NCBI GenBank assembly: GCA_016618085.1
Contig: JABLTG010000001.1
Coordinates: 1 to 64,000 of the forward strand
Direction: 5' to 3'
DNA length: 64,000 bases
DNA from: Neovahlkampfia damariscottae
Taxonomy: Eukaryota
The translations under genes were made by a program, and so were the position numbers. Below, in pieces: positions 12,333 through 25,884 of this stretch (its first letter is position 1; the number at the start of each line of letters is the position of its first letter). The notes under the pieces are model-generated. The model did not search any database. It worked only from the letters and a program-made list of their open reading frames with translations, and was not told the DNA's origin.

Positions 12333-13422
12333 ATGAGCGTAGACATTTCAAACGGTTCTCTTGACCAACAAATTGCTAAACTCATGACTTGTCAAGTTAT
12401 CAAAGAGTCAGAAGTTAAAAATCTTTGCACAAAATACAAAGAAATTCTTTCTAAATACCCAAATGTTCAAACACTTTCTTCTCCAGTGACTGTATGTTTT
12501 AAAAAAAAAAATTAAAACTTTATAGATTTGTGGTGATGTTCATGGTCAATTTTATGACTTGGTAGAATTATTTAAAGTTGGAGGTGAAATTCCAGAAACC
12601 AATTACCTTTTCATGGGTGATTTTGTAGATAGAGGATTTTATTCAGTTGAAACTTTTCTTTTATTATTAGCTTTAGCTGTTCGTTATCCAGACAGAATTA
12701 CTTTACTCCGAGGAAATCATGAAAGTCGTCAAATTACTCAAGTATATGGATTCTATGATGAATGTCTTCGTAAATATGGAAGTGTAAATGTTTGGAGATA
12801 TTGTACAGATGTTTTTGATTATTTATGTCTCGCTGCTATTGTAGATGACCAAGTATTTGCAGTTCATGGTGGTTTATCACCTTCAATTAGTTCAATTGAT
12901 CAAGTAAATTTAAAATTTCTTTTTAATTCAAATTTAGATTAAAAAAATTGATAGAAAACAAGAAGTTCCTCATGATGGTGCAATGTGTGATTTATTATGG
13001 TCTGATCCTGAAGGTAACAATTTTTTTTTTTTTTAAACCACAAAGATATTGATGGATGGGGTTTATCACCAAGAGGAGCTGGTTATCTCTTTGGAGGTGA
13101 CGTTGTTGAACAAGTAAGTTAAAAAAAAAAAAAAAAATTAATTTTTTTCAAACAGTTCAATCAAACAAATAAAATTGATCTCATTACAAGAGCCCATCAA
13201 TTAGTCATGGAAGGATATAAACCAATGTTTAATGATACTTTAGTAACAGTTTGGTCAGCTCCAAATTATTGTTATAGATGTGGAAATGTTGCTGCTATTT
13301 TAGAATTAGATGAAAATTTAAACAAAAAATATCTTGTATTTGATTCTGCACCACAAGACCAAAAAATGACAACTTCAAATTCAACTTTAGAAAAAAAACC
13401 TGTTCCAGATTATTTCTTATAA
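12333..13422 (+). CDS. PPP4C: Serine/threonine protein phosphatase 4 catalytic subunit
   Basis: [55 protein letters not shown]-terminal DYFL; four short introns. Confidence 0.92.
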
Positions 13423-13439
13423 AAATATGTTTGGATTTT

Positions 13440-14543
13440 TTATTTTTTCTTTTTTGGTATTTTTAAACTTGCATAAGGATCAATATTCTCTCCTTTCTTT
13501 GTCATTTTTGATTTTGCTTTTTCATTTACTTTTTGAATTTGTTGATCTGAAATTTGAGTTCTTTCAACTTTGTTCACAATTTTTTTCATAGCTGGTGTAA
13601 CTTTTGGTTTTTCAAAAAAAAGTGGCTTTTCTACATTTCGCTTTACTGGTGGAGCTACTTTTATATTTGTTGGACTGCTTGATCGTTGTAAGTTAATTTT
13701 TTTTTGTGGAGCTGGGATATGAATTAAAGGTCTACTTGGAGCTCTTTGAACTTGTTGAACACTTTGAACTTTTCTCGTTTCTTTTGGTTTTTTCTCTTCT
13801 GGAATTCTAAATTTTTTATCCAACATTTTTAACACTGGATTTTTTTTCAAATTTGAAGAAGCAGATGATGAATTTTTTGGTTTTGTAGTTTCTCTTCTAA
13901 CTACAGTTTTAATAACTTTTTTTTGAATTTCGTTTGTTTTTTTTGAAGTTCCATTTTGTTTTTGAATTTTTCTTTCATAAACGATAGTTTGTTCTTTTGG
14001 TTCAGAAATTTGTTGAACTTGTTTTGATGATGACTCTTTATCATTTGAATTATAATGTTAACTTACTCATATCTTTTTTTCTTTTTTCTTTTTGTAGTCT
14101 TGAAGAAATCAAATCAAACTTATTTGTTCTTTCTTCTTTTTTTCTTTTGTAAACTTCCTTCCAATTTGAATTTTCTTTATCTTTCTCACGGCATCCCAAG
14201 TCTTTTTCACATAAAATTTTCCATAAACTGTCAGTTGGTAATTCAATTCCTTCTTCCTTTTTTTTGACAGTTTTAATTATTTTTTTTTTTTACTTCATTG
14301 ATTCTTTCTTTTTCCTCTAATTGCTCTGCTGTACAAACTGATAATATTTTGATAACATACTCATCTGGTAAATAAGCTAATGAACCGACATCGTCTAATT
14401 TGTTTCAGAAGAGAAAATAAACGAACTTATGTTCACTTGCATTATATTTATACATATATTGACTAAACGTTAATGTCAAATTTGAAATTACCAAGTGAAG
14501 GTATTTCACGTTTTGATTTTAAAATTGATAATATGGTTGCCAT
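13440..14543 (-). CDS. Elongin A-like protein
   Basis: Spliced N-terminus EIPSLVNICINIMQVNINDVG (BC-box-like), then TDSLWKILCEKD...NWKEVYKRKKEER, then a Lys/Pro-rich tail (ORF 13440-13850); four short introns. Confidence 0.75.
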
Positions 14544-14780
14544 TGTGTCTTCAACTCAAACTGGTCAGTTCTGGATGAAAGTTAAGTTTTTATGGTGGAA
14601 AAAATTATCCAATAAAATCTGTTTTAAAAATACTCAAACAAAAAAAACAAAGGAAATGAAGCTGAAAATAATCAGGCAGTGTTTGAGGATGTGATTTAAA
14701 TGGTATTAACAAAAAAACGTTCAATGTTGGTGATTTTTTCATTTGCAAATATTAACAAAATTCATTACACCAGACTCACC

Positions 14781-15143
14781 AAAGTTTATAAATCAAAAAT
14801 GAATTATTTTCCAAATTTAACTTTTTTAACTTCAAATACTTTGAACGTCAAATTATTGAATGAAACAAAAATATTTAGAATCAAAACATGATAAACCAAA
14901 AGATGTTTATGAATGATGTTGTATAATTTAGATATTAATACATTGGTATTAGAAGATAGTGGTTCATTGGAATCAGAAGATTCAATGACTGAAACTGAAA
15001 CATTATTCATCAATCATTCAAATTCTCAAGTTTTGTCATCAGTTCAGTCCGAAAATACCGAAGCCCCTGTCAATAAAATAGATTTTGAAAATTATAGTTT
15101 CAATAAAAAGTTGCTTCTTCTAAATTTTTTCTCAACGAATTAA
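14781..15143 (+). pseudogene. Heavily deleted relic of the RGS-START family
   Basis: KVYKSKMNYFPNLTFLTSNTLNVK fused to a frameshifted MKQKYLE...MMLYNLDINTLVLEDSGSLESEDSMTET. Confidence 0.8.
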
Positions 15144-15178
15144 ATATTTGACCAATCAGATTCATACAACGATAAAAG

Positions 15179-15768
15179 ATGGAATACCACTCACCTTCAC
15201 CAAAAGAAAATGCACCTTTGTTGAATTCAAAAATTGAAGAAATAGAAATGGTTGATCATAGTCAACATCAACCAAAAAGAATTGTTCCACCTACCAACAT
15301 AGTTCCTATTAATCCTGTAATGAAAAAATACATTAATTTTTTAAAAGATGACAGTTATTGTTCAACAACAAGGATTACCTGAAAAGGTTTTAATTAACAA
15401 ACCTCAACCAAAATCAAAAAGTTATTCTGTTTCAAATCTTCCACCAGCAACAGATGAAGAAATTGATGAAACTGTGAAAGATGCTAAAAAAATAACATTT
15501 AGCTCTGAAAGAAGAGAATTTGTTCAAAAATTCTGCAAAAAACAATCAGTTACATGTGCTCAAGCAAGATTATTCACAGATTTATTCAGAGCAAGTTACG
15601 AAAAAGTTTGTACCATTTTACACTTTCTCACTATTATTTTTTTAACAGAAATTGCTAATTGTGGATGATTTGGAATTATCAGATCCAAGAGAAAACATCA
15701 AGATTCTGTTGGATACATTTGACTTTGAAGAAGACAAAAAAACTACGCATGTAAAACTATTGAAATAA
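15179..15768 (+). CDS. Protein with C-terminal DUF4476-like helical domain
   Basis: TFSSERREF...VTCAQARLFTDLF...LSDPRENIKILLDTFDF pattern; introns near 15318-15348 and 15607-15648. Confidence 0.5.
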
Positions 15769-16128
15769 ACCTTGTTGAGATGAGCATGAATTGGTATTTT
15801 AGTTTATTCAAAATCAAAGTTGACTATCAACCGACAAAAAGACCACAATTTATTTTGAAAAATGTCCAAAAATTGAGAAGGATTTATATAGAGCTATGGT
15901 GTGAATATATTCACATAAACATCCAGCAGCAATTATTATTAGAGATGTAAACATGCATGTTCAAGTCGAATGTCTTGGCTTCGTCTTCAAAATGTACTGT
16001 GATATTCTTGAAAGAAAGCTTCAATCAAGAATCTCTTGAATTCATCAAGAGTTGTTTTAAGTTTTCAAGAAATAATAACAAAAAAAAAAAATTCTCCGTT
16101 TCTGTTGACCTATTAGAAAAAACAACGC

Positions 16129-16884
16129 ATGAATCCAGAGGACAACATTCAATTCAAAAATGTTGGAAACTTAGGAGATATTCTAAAACATGCTCCTTTG
16201 ATAGAGTTTCTCCGTTTATTGAAAAAAGATGAACCTGTGATCTACATTGATTTGTGAACAAAAAAAAAAAAATTAAACTCTAAAAGTCACACGTTTTTGA
16301 TAGAGGCACCTTTTCCGAATAAAAAGTCTTGGGAAGAAACTGTCACAAAACTTGGAGATTCATACAAAAACTATAAAAAATTCCAAAGTGAAAATTCAAA
16401 ATACCTTTGTTCATCAGGAACTTCCATTAAAATTTTGAGCTCGGAAAAGAATTTATTTATATTTTCAGAACAAGATGAAAAAACAAGAGAAAATTTAAAA
16501 TCCCAAATTTCAATCAAAAATTATTTTTTAATGAACAATTCCAGAAATTTAACAAAATTAGTGAAAGAAAATGAAAAAATAAAAGAAATTGAATTCAATG
16601 GAATGATTGGTTTAATTGATCCTTTCAAAATAACAACAGAAGAATGGAATGCTATTATTGATGGTTTGAATGTTAATTTTTCAACAATTGAAAGAGGCAT
16701 TATCTTGTGTTTTAACTACACAAAAGAAGAAAAAATGGATTGGAAACAATTGAAAGCACCAAATAATTATGAATTGAGAGGTTTTGTAAATCAATTTCCT
16801 TATACTCTATCTTGTTATTCAACATCAAAAGTGAAAGAAGAAATTTCGGAAATTTTGAAATTATTCCACTGGGAAATCATCTAA
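16129..16884 (+). CDS. RlmJ-like SAM-dependent (adenine-N6) methyltransferase, divergent
   Basis: GNLGDILKH...LKKDEPVIYIDFH (joined across intron ~16254-16286), YLCSS and GLIDPF correspond to RlmJ GNxADVLKH, YLDTHAG, YPGS and IDPPY. Confidence 0.6.
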
Positions 16885-17056
16885 ATGAAATAATAAATAA
16901 ATTGGATCAAATTGTTTAAATTCCAAAGACCAATGGTTTCCGACTTTAGATCCAAATTCATGATTATTCATATGTAGTCATCATTCTTGATGTGAGAAAA
17001 TGATCAACATTTCAATTTTGTCTTTCAACCTTTTTTATCCAATCATTTTGCATCTC

Positions 17057-20000
17057 ATGTCAGACGAAAAACAAAAACAAAGGAAAACGAATTTTGTTGA
17101 GTTGCCAATATTCATTGAGAAAGAAGATGTATCAAAAAGTCTTGTAAATACTTCAATGGAAATCGGAAAAAATTTGTCCACCAGAGGAAAAATTGAAAAA
17201 AAACATAAAAAAAAAAAATCAAATGTTTTTTCTTATTTAACAAAAGCTTTTGACTCCAAACTTGGAGATAATAATGAAGAAGAATTTAATCATACTTCTG
17301 AGCATGAAGAGCATTTAGTTTCATTTCAACATCGTGATGAAGAAGAAGATGATAATTCACAAGAAGATTTACTCAAGAAACCAACTTTTGCTCGATTTAC
17401 TAAAAAAAAAGAAAATAAAAAAGAAAAACCAATATCTTCAATTGATTTACCAACAGATGAAAGAAATATTTTTGAAGTCAAATTTTCAAATGTTTTACTT
17501 TACAACGCTTTTATTTTAATTATCATGTTATTGGTCAGAATTGGGTAACGAAAGAAAATATCTAAATCATATCAACTTGACAATAGTCCTAATTTTGCAA
17601 GACCTGAAGAATTACAGCCATTAATGCCAGCAATGATAAACAGAACAGGAATTGAAGAAAACACATTAAATGCTGCATTTTCATTGACTTATTATATTTC
17701 ATCTTCAGTTTCTTATTTATTAAGTACAATTATTACTTTTTCATTGGTTCTTATTGGAATCAATAATTTTAGAAAATTGAATTATTTTCTCAACAAAATA
17801 GGAATCATTTCACTGAGATATTCAAATTTATTTGCTTCATCTATTTTAATTTTTATTGGACAATTGTTGACAATGATTGGAGTTTTATATATCTCAGCAC
17901 CAAATAATTACTATTTCATTTTAATTGGAAGAACCATCTTCAGTTTTGGAGATGGTTTTCAAGAAAGTAAGAAAATGATTTGTTGAATTCATTTTAAAGT
18001 TACCACTCTGGGATATGTCGCGGATGAATTCAAAAACAAGAATTTTGCAAATGCTGTGAGTCTGTTTATCGCAATTTGGTCCTTGGGTAATGTTTGGGCT
18101 CCAACTTATCATCAAAACATATCACTTGAAATTATTATGTGGTTTATAACTGTACTGTGTTTTACTGGAATTATATTCATCATTATACTTGGATCAGTCA
18201 ACGTATGAAGTTTTTTAGAATTTTTTATTTTTTTCAAGGTTGGCTTTCATACTCATTTAAGGTATTCACCCAATGATCATATTCATAAAGTATCAGACAC
18301 TAAATTATCAATTAAGAATGCAGTGATACTCTTGGTTGCTGGTATACTCTTTTTATATGTACGTTTTATTTTTTATTTGGGTGGTTGGGTTTTTCCGTTT
18401 TCCAAATATGGAAAGAGATATATTTTGGCGAACTTTACAAATGTTACATCAACTCAATTAGTAGCATTTATTCAATTGGTATATTTTTGCAGAGCTATTG
18501 CTTCACCAATGCTTTCAGCTCTAATACAAAGTGAGTATCCTGGTCACCAATCAGATTTCAAAATTTACGAGTCTACTAAACCTGTTAGTAAAACCAAATA
18601 TTGCTGTGGATTGTTAAAAACAAACTATAGTCTTGAAGATGATGAAGTGGATAATTATTGCAATAGATTACATCTTTGGACAATATTTGAACATAAATTT
18701 CATTTTTTGACTGTATTTGGAGGAATGTCTGTTTGTGGTGTTTGTAGTATCTTGTTTCATTATTCAGGTACAGTTTATACAACTCCATATTTTCCTATAC
18801 TCGGAATTATTGTAGGAATTTCATTGGCAAGTGTATCAAATGGAATTTTTTCATTTCCTTTCATTTGGATTTCAAAATTTTGGAATAAGGACATGATATC
18901 AGAAAAATATCAATCATTTATGGGACTTGGATTATTAGTTTTCAATATTGCTGAAGTATTGATTGATCATGTTTTAACAGATGAAGCAATGTTCATTCAA
19001 TGGTGGATTTGTTGTATTTCATTCTTTGTTACATTGTTAATTTATTTTTTCTGCGCTTTTATTATAATTTTCTTTCACCGATTCAAATTTATTAATCGAG
19101 GTGAATGTAAAATGATATCTTTCAAAAAGAGATTGAATTATTTGTTAAAGTCATGCAAAGGATTGTTTTTGATTGTTATTGATATTCTAATTCTGATAGC
19201 AGTATCAGCAACAATGATCATTGCTTCTGGTGTTTTGAATCTCATTTTAGCTGCAACGTTGAAAACACAAAATTCACTTGTTGAAGTTGTATATCTTCCT
19301 ACTTTATTCGTTTTTATGGTTATCTCTGTTTATCTTGTTTATCCAGATGCAATAAGTAGATTTGGAGGAGTCTTATTTTTGAAAAATTGTAGAAGAGCAA
19401 CAGGATCATTAAAAAGACCTCTTGTTGCAGAAGTGATGTCAAGAAATCCAAATATGACTTTAGCTGTATTAGCAATGAAAACTAAACACAAAAATGCTTG
19501 GGAAACTTGCAACACAAGATATATTGAAAAGAAAATTCTGGTAAAAGTAATGGCAGATGATTACATTGCATCAGATTCAATTAACTATCCAAGAATTGAT
19601 TTCAAAATTTTAGAAGAAAATGATTTCAATTCAGCAATTGAAGAAACACCTTCAGATGATTATTTGATTTATTGTGATAATGGTATTGTTCAATTTAGAG
19701 ATGTCAAAACATTTTATGAAGAAAGATCTGCATCAGATGTAAGAATGTATAGCAGAGAGAAAATGTTATTATTTTTTTCTGCATACACAATTTATTTCTT
19801 GATTCCAATTGTTAGAAATGTCATTTTTGGAAGAGAGCCAATTAATACTTCAGATATTGGTGGAGCAATTATTAATTTTATGAATTTCTTTTTTGGATTT
19901 TTTCTTTTAATGCCACAAATTGCTCTTTGGATTAAAATACACACTTCTTTGGAAAATTTAAAAGATAAGTCTTGGAAAGTTTTCAAAAGAACAAATGAAG

Positions 20001-20689
20001 TATTTTCAACAAAGAATTTAGGAAATTTAAAAATGGAAGATGTTACTCAATGGAATGCAGAGTTTTCTCATTTGCAAAATTTATCGAATGCAAAATCAAA
20101 TTTTTCAAGAAATGCCATACTTTTTTGTTTATTGATATCAAAAGCACTGACCTCAATTATTTCAATTCTTGCTTTATTTTCCACTTTAGAAGTAAAACAA
20201 GCATTATTTTTTGCACTTTTTGTTGAGATTGCTGTTCTTCTTTTCATATTTTTACCTGCAAGTACAGTCACTTTTCGAATGGAAGAATCTCATAAATGGA
20301 TAAAAAAAGCAGCAAGAGGAATTGAATTAAAATTATCACATAAACAAAAACTATTAGATTCTGTAGCTAAAGAAGAAGATCATTCCAATTTGAAAAAAGA
20401 AATGGATGAATTAGGAACAGAATTAGAATCTATTGGAAAAAATGAATCAAAACTATTTTTAGCTCAAGAACATTTATCAGAAGATTTATACTTGAGTCGA
20501 GTTGCAACAAGACTTCATGGCTTATATAAATTATGGCAATCAAGAAAACCACTTGGATATCGAATTGATTTTAGTGCAGAAAATGAATTCAATTTCAGAA
20601 TGTTCATAACCAAAGATTCATTGATGAATTATTTTACATCTTTGCTATTTACTTTAGTTCCTGCATTTGTCATTAGATTTATATCATAA
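17057..20689 (+). CDS. Large polytopic membrane protein: MFS (MFSD1-like) domain plus C-terminal PHTF/7TMIC-like domain (paralog B)
   Basis: Introns 17545-17586, 17967-17999 and 18203-18238 give one frame; IGQLL...LIGRTIFSFGDGFQEITTLGYVADEFKNKNF resembles MFSD1 GRFVFGIGGES...WFKGKE; homologous to 8698-12050. Confidence 0.78.
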
Positions 20690-21037
20690 TAAAGTTTTAT
20701 TTTGTACATGTTTTCCCATCAATCTTTTTACAATTTCTGGATGATCCAAATCCTCTTCTTCTTCAGAAGAGTCAACTGAACCTGTCACACTTGCGCTAGA
20801 AAGTGAATCTGGGCTTGATATTCTTGAAAATCTATTATTTGGATAACTTTTACGAATGCTTATTGCATGTGACGGTTTTCTAATCAGAGCTTTTTGTTCA
20901 TTTATGGAGATATTTTTATTTTCCGTTTTGTCAAGGAGCTTTTCAGATTTTTGTTTCTTAAAACTTGTAACTTGAATTTTTTCGTCAGGTTCTTCTATTT
21001 CTTCAGCCTGTAGTTGTACACAACACAGTATGCCCAT
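20684..21037 (-). CDS. Small Ser/Glu-rich protein with probable N-myristoylation/palmitoylation signal (MGILCC)
   Basis: 117-aa ORF, Gly2 and Cys5-Cys6; CCAAT box upstream at ~21089. Confidence 0.6.
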   Translation of the reverse strand: MGILCCVQLQAEEIEEPDEKIQVTSFKKQKSEKLLDKTENKNISINEQKALIRKPSHAISIRKSYPNNRFSRISSPDSLSSASVTGSVDSSEEEEDLDHPEIVKRLMGKHVQNKTLL

Positions 21038-21240
21038 TCCTCGTTTTTGTTTTACAACGTTTAATGTTTTGGAAGAATGTCGTCAAATGATTGGTGGAAT
21101 CCAACCTCTATTGTTAGTTGCATTTTCAATTTTTTACTTGAAGTTCAAGTATTTAAGGGAATTTTTAGAATAAAATGAATAAAAATTTCCGTTCAAAAAA
21201 AAAAACTCCCAGTCACCAATCACAACGTTTTGGAAGGTTC

Positions 21241-22851
21241 ATGAAAATGTTCTCAAAAAAGTTTCTTCGTACAAATAAATCCTTGTTACGATTTATAACA
21301 AAGAAAAACTTTCAAAATGTAAATTAATTTAAAAAATTGACTCATAGATTGCTCCTAAAGACATAAATTATTTTTCATCTTTTCTTGACGAGAATTCTCA
21401 AATTTTAACCGAAGATTTAAAACAATACAATACTGACTGGTTACATCAGTATGAAGGAAAAAGTAAATTGGTTCTCAGACCGAAAACCACTGAAGAAGTT
21501 TCAAAAATTATGAAACATTGTTATGAAAACAAGTACGATTTAACAAAAAACTAAAAAATATCAAGTATAGCTGTTGTACCCCAAGGAGGTAATACAGGTT
21601 TAGTAGGTGGTAGTGTACCTGTTTTTGATGAAATTATTTTAAGCACTTCACTGATGAATAAAGTTCAGTAAAAAAAATAAATTTAACAAAATTCTTTATT
21701 AGAGAATTTGATGAAAAGAACGGAACTTTATCATGTCAATCTGGATGTATTTTGGAGAATTTAAGTCTTTTCCTTCAAGATAAAGGATATATTATGCCAA
21801 TTGATTTAGGTGCAAAAGGAAGTTGTCAAATTGGAGGTAATCTGGCAACAGCAGCAGGAGGCTTAAGATTTTTGAGATACAAATCACTTCATTCCAATAT
21901 TTTAGGTTTAAAAGTTGTTTTATCTGATGGTAGAATTCTTGATAATACAAAAAAAGTGCGCAAGGATAATACTGGTTATCACTTGGACCATTTGTTCATA
22001 GGTTCAGAAGGTACTTTGGGAATAATTACAGAATTAGTTATGCAAGTTCCAAATAAACCAAAAGCTGTGAATGTTGCACTTTTAGGGATTGAAAGTTTTG
22101 AAAAATGTGTCGAAATTTTTAAATTCACAAAAGAAAAAATAACCTCAATTCTCTCTGCTTTTGAATTTTTTGATGAAGCTTGTTTGTCTTCAGTTTTAAA
22201 AAATATGAAAGCTTCTTATCCATTGGAAAAGAAATATCCATTTTATGTTTTGATTGAAACACATGGATTTAGTGAACAAAATGATGAAGAGGTAACCATC
22301 TTTTTTATTGGTTAAATGTATTCAAGCTATTGTTGGAATATTTTGATGAAATTTTAGGATCAGAAATTGCAAAAGATGGAGTTTTGGCTCAAGATGAAAC
22401 ACAATTTCAAAATATTTGGAAATTAAGAGAATTCATTACCGAATCATTAACAAAAGATGGTGCTGTCTATAAATATGATATTAGCATCCCACAAAGTGAA
22501 ATGTACAATGTGGTTGAAGACTTTAGACAAAAACTTATTGATACTCCTTTAAAAGTATATGGATTTGGTCACATGGGTGATGATAATCTTCATTTAAATT
22601 TTGTTGACGAAAGTAATTTCAAAAAAAATACAGAAACATTGAATTTAATTGAACCTTATGTTTATGAATGGACAAAGAAAAATAATGGTTCAATATCTGC
22701 AGAGCATGGTTTAGGTGTTTTGAAAAATAATTTCTTGTCATATTCAAAAGATGAAAATACCATTGGAATGATGAAAAAAATGAAAGAAATATTTGATCCA
22801 AAAGGTATTTTAAATCCATATAAAGTTTTACCTGATTTGAAAAATGAATAA
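21241..22851 (+). CDS. D2HGDH: Mitochondrial D-2-hydroxyglutarate dehydrogenase (FAD-linked oxidase)
   Basis: [59 protein letters not shown]; basic transit peptide; four introns. Confidence 0.92.
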
Positions 22852-22900
22852 AATTTCTTTAAATTCCAGAATTATTCGTTCTTTTTTTTGACCAATAAGA

Positions 22901-23993
22901 ATGGGCAAGAAGAACATAAAAAACCAGACACAAAGTTTTGAAGATATTAAAGAAAAAGCTTTACAATACTTAGATTCTTATGAATATCAAGCTGCTATAA
23001 CATACTTCAATTTTTGTCTTCAAAAAAAACCTGATTCAACAGAAATTATTGAACTTTTAGGTAAGACAAAATTTTGAATTAAAAAAATTAAGGAACAACA
23101 TATATGTCTATAAATGATCCTGATAGTGCTCGAAATTGTTTTAAAAAAGCAGTCAAAATCTCGCCAAGTTTTTTTTTTTTTTTTTTAACATAAAGAAATT
23201 GGATACTCAAAATATATGTATTTAGGACAATTATCTGAAGGAAAGAAAGCATTGGATTATTATAATAAAGGTATATCCATTTTACAAGCAATGAAAACTC
23301 AACAAGTAAACAACAATAAAAAGAAATTAATAAACTCCAAAGGATTGTGTTCTTTCATCAACTGAAATACAAACTTACTTAATTGATGCATATTGTTCAG
23401 TTGCTGAACTTTTTATGACTGATTTGTGTTTTGAAAAAAATGCAGAAAATGTATGTGAAGAATGTTTAATAAAATCACAAAAAGAAGATCCAGAAGAAAA
23501 CAATTTGAATTATTTACAAACAGCTGCAAATTTAAGATTAGTACAACAAAAAAAAGATGAAGCAAAAAAAATCATGTCAAAATTGTTTACACTATTACAA
23601 AAAGGTTCCATTGCATCTTATGAATTCAAAATTTCAGCAACAAAAATTTTGATTGAATTAGAAGAATATTCAGCTGCCATGGAACTTTTAGTTCTTTTGA
23701 CTGAAGATTTTGATCAGATTGTTGATGTTTGGTATTTGATGGGTCTTTGCTTGAAACTTCAAAAAGAGTTTAAATCAGCAATTGATCATTTTAACAAAGG
23801 TTTGGAAATTGCTAAAGTTACAGATGAAGATCCTGAATTTGTAAAAGTTTTGAAAGATGAAATTAAAGAATGTTCAAAAGAAAAATTTGACAACGAAGAT
23901 GAAGAAGAAGAGATTGATGATGATGATGAATATATTACTGATGATGATTTAGACATCATGGATGAAGAATTTATTGAAGAAATTATTGAATAA
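22901..23993 (+). CDS. ACL4: TPR assembly chaperone of Rpl4 (Acl4-like)
   Basis: KYMYLGQLSEG, AYCSVAELFMTDLCFE, TPR repeats, acidic tail; three introns, one of 28 nt (23168-23195). Confidence 0.78.
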
Positions 23994-24070
23994 AAGAAAT
24001 TCTATTTTTCATTCTAAAAATAAATTCGAACCTTCAAACATTTTTATCCAATCAGATTCACATCAAGTTG

Positions 24071-25146
24071 ATGAAAGTGAAGAACAAAACGATGACAATC
24101 TCACAAAGTTTACCTTTTGAAAGCGATAGTGGTTTTGAAATGATACTCTCAGAAGAATTATTCTCACCTCAAATCTCAAATACTCCAAAAATAATAAAAG
24201 AAGAAATAAACAAAGAAAACTTTTTTGAACTCCTTGATAAAAATGGGACAATCATGAATGAGAAACTATTCAAACAAACAATTTTTACCTATGGATGCAC
24301 AGAAGAAATAAAACCACAAATTTGGAAATTCTTATTAAAATTGTAACCAATGGAAAAGAAAGAATTAATATTTTTTTTTCTAGTTATTCTTATTCTTCAA
24401 CATTTGAAGAACGTTTATTAGTGACCAATATAAAAATCAAAGATTATCAAAATTTAAAATTTATTTGGAAAAAGTCACCCGATTTGATTGATGTTGAATA
24501 CAAAAGAATTATTGACCAAGATATCAATAGATTAGATAGATTCTTAGATATCTATAAAGAGGATGAAAGTCATTTTTTAACCATGGCAAAAGATATTTTA
24601 ATAACTTATTCAATTTATCATCCTGAAGTTGGTTATTGTCAAGGAATGAGTGATTTATTATCACCAATACTTGAAACATTAAAAGATGAATCCATATCAT
24701 TTTGGTGTTTTGTAAATTTAATGGAGAAAAAGAAACAAAATTTTAAAATTGGATCAAAATCTATTGAAGATCAATTGACTCAATTATTATTTTTAATGCA
24801 ATCTATTAATCCACAATTAGCTAAATACTTTAAAGATATAGAATCATTGTATTTATGTTATCGTTGGATTTTAGTTTGTTTTAAAAGAGAATTTGAATAT
24901 AAAGATGTAAAGAGAATTTGGGAAATTTTGTGGACCGATTATTTGTCATCTGATTATTTAGTATTCATGTTGTATAGTTTATTGTCTCAATTTCAAGATG
25001 AAATTATAGATGGTCATTTGGAGTCTTATGAAATTTTGAGTTTGTTCAATAGAAATTCAATGAAATTTGATTTGAAGAAATTTTTAGATGATTCAATGAC
25101 TGCTTATTATTTGTATGAAGATCAATTTGATATTATTGACTTTTGA
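24071..25146 (+). CDS. TBC-domain Rab GTPase-activating protein (TBC1D15/Gyp7-like)
   Basis: IDQDINR arginine finger, GYCQGMSDLLSP, YRWILVCFKREF; intron ~24343-24383; start could be 24092. Confidence 0.88.
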
Positions 25147-25415
25147 TTTTGTAAAATAAATTTTTTTGTATCAATGAAAAAGACACCATCAAATCTGAAC
25201 CTGCACTTTTGTATTCGATTTGAGTTTAAAAATCAAAACACACTTTGTTGCAATTGTTCCTTTTTTGATAGAATTTGATATTATTGACTTCTATCATCAA
25301 TTTAACTTTCCATCAATTTAAATGGAACAATTGTTAAATTGATAGAAGCCATTCATTGATTCGTTTAAAAAAAAAATCAACTTTATTTTTCTTCAAATTG
25401 TGTTTTCTATGATAT

Positions 25416-25884
25416 TTAAAATTTATGTTTTGTTGAGTAATCCTTTGGCGAAATTACTAAACCTTTTCCTTTTCTGGCACCTCTAAATACTGTCTCAACA
25501 ATATCAATAACTTCTTGTTTCTCTTTAATCAAAAAATTAATTTTATTATTATTTCCAGTTCCTAAATCCATGAGCATATGTCTATTCCTAAAAAAAAACA
25601 TAATTGTACAAGGATCATATAATTCATACATTGTGTTAAAATCAGGAACTTTTGAAATATCAACAAGAAAAATAATAGCCATATTCTTTAATTTTTCAGC
25701 AATTTTTGCCAATACTTCATCTTGTTGAATGCAAATTTTGTCCCAACTAATTTTTTAATTTAATTTTTTTTTTTTTTTATTCTTACTCATGACCAAATCT
25801 GATGATAACAAGTCTTTCTTTTTCTTGAACTATTGCTTGATCGACGGCCCATGCAGAATTCAAGTGCGGCAACAAATATGACAT
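25416..25884 (-). CDS. DIM1: Spliceosomal U5 protein Dim1 (TXNL4A)
   Basis: MSYLLPHL...VDQAI...RFGH, DFNTMYELYDP, DLGTGNNNKIN, SPKDYST; one intron. Confidence 0.95.

Noticed and set aside
15862..16128. Short coding-looking stretch upstream of the RlmJ-like gene (incl. ORF 15957-16232)
   Set aside because: No consistent frame, splice model or recognisable motif
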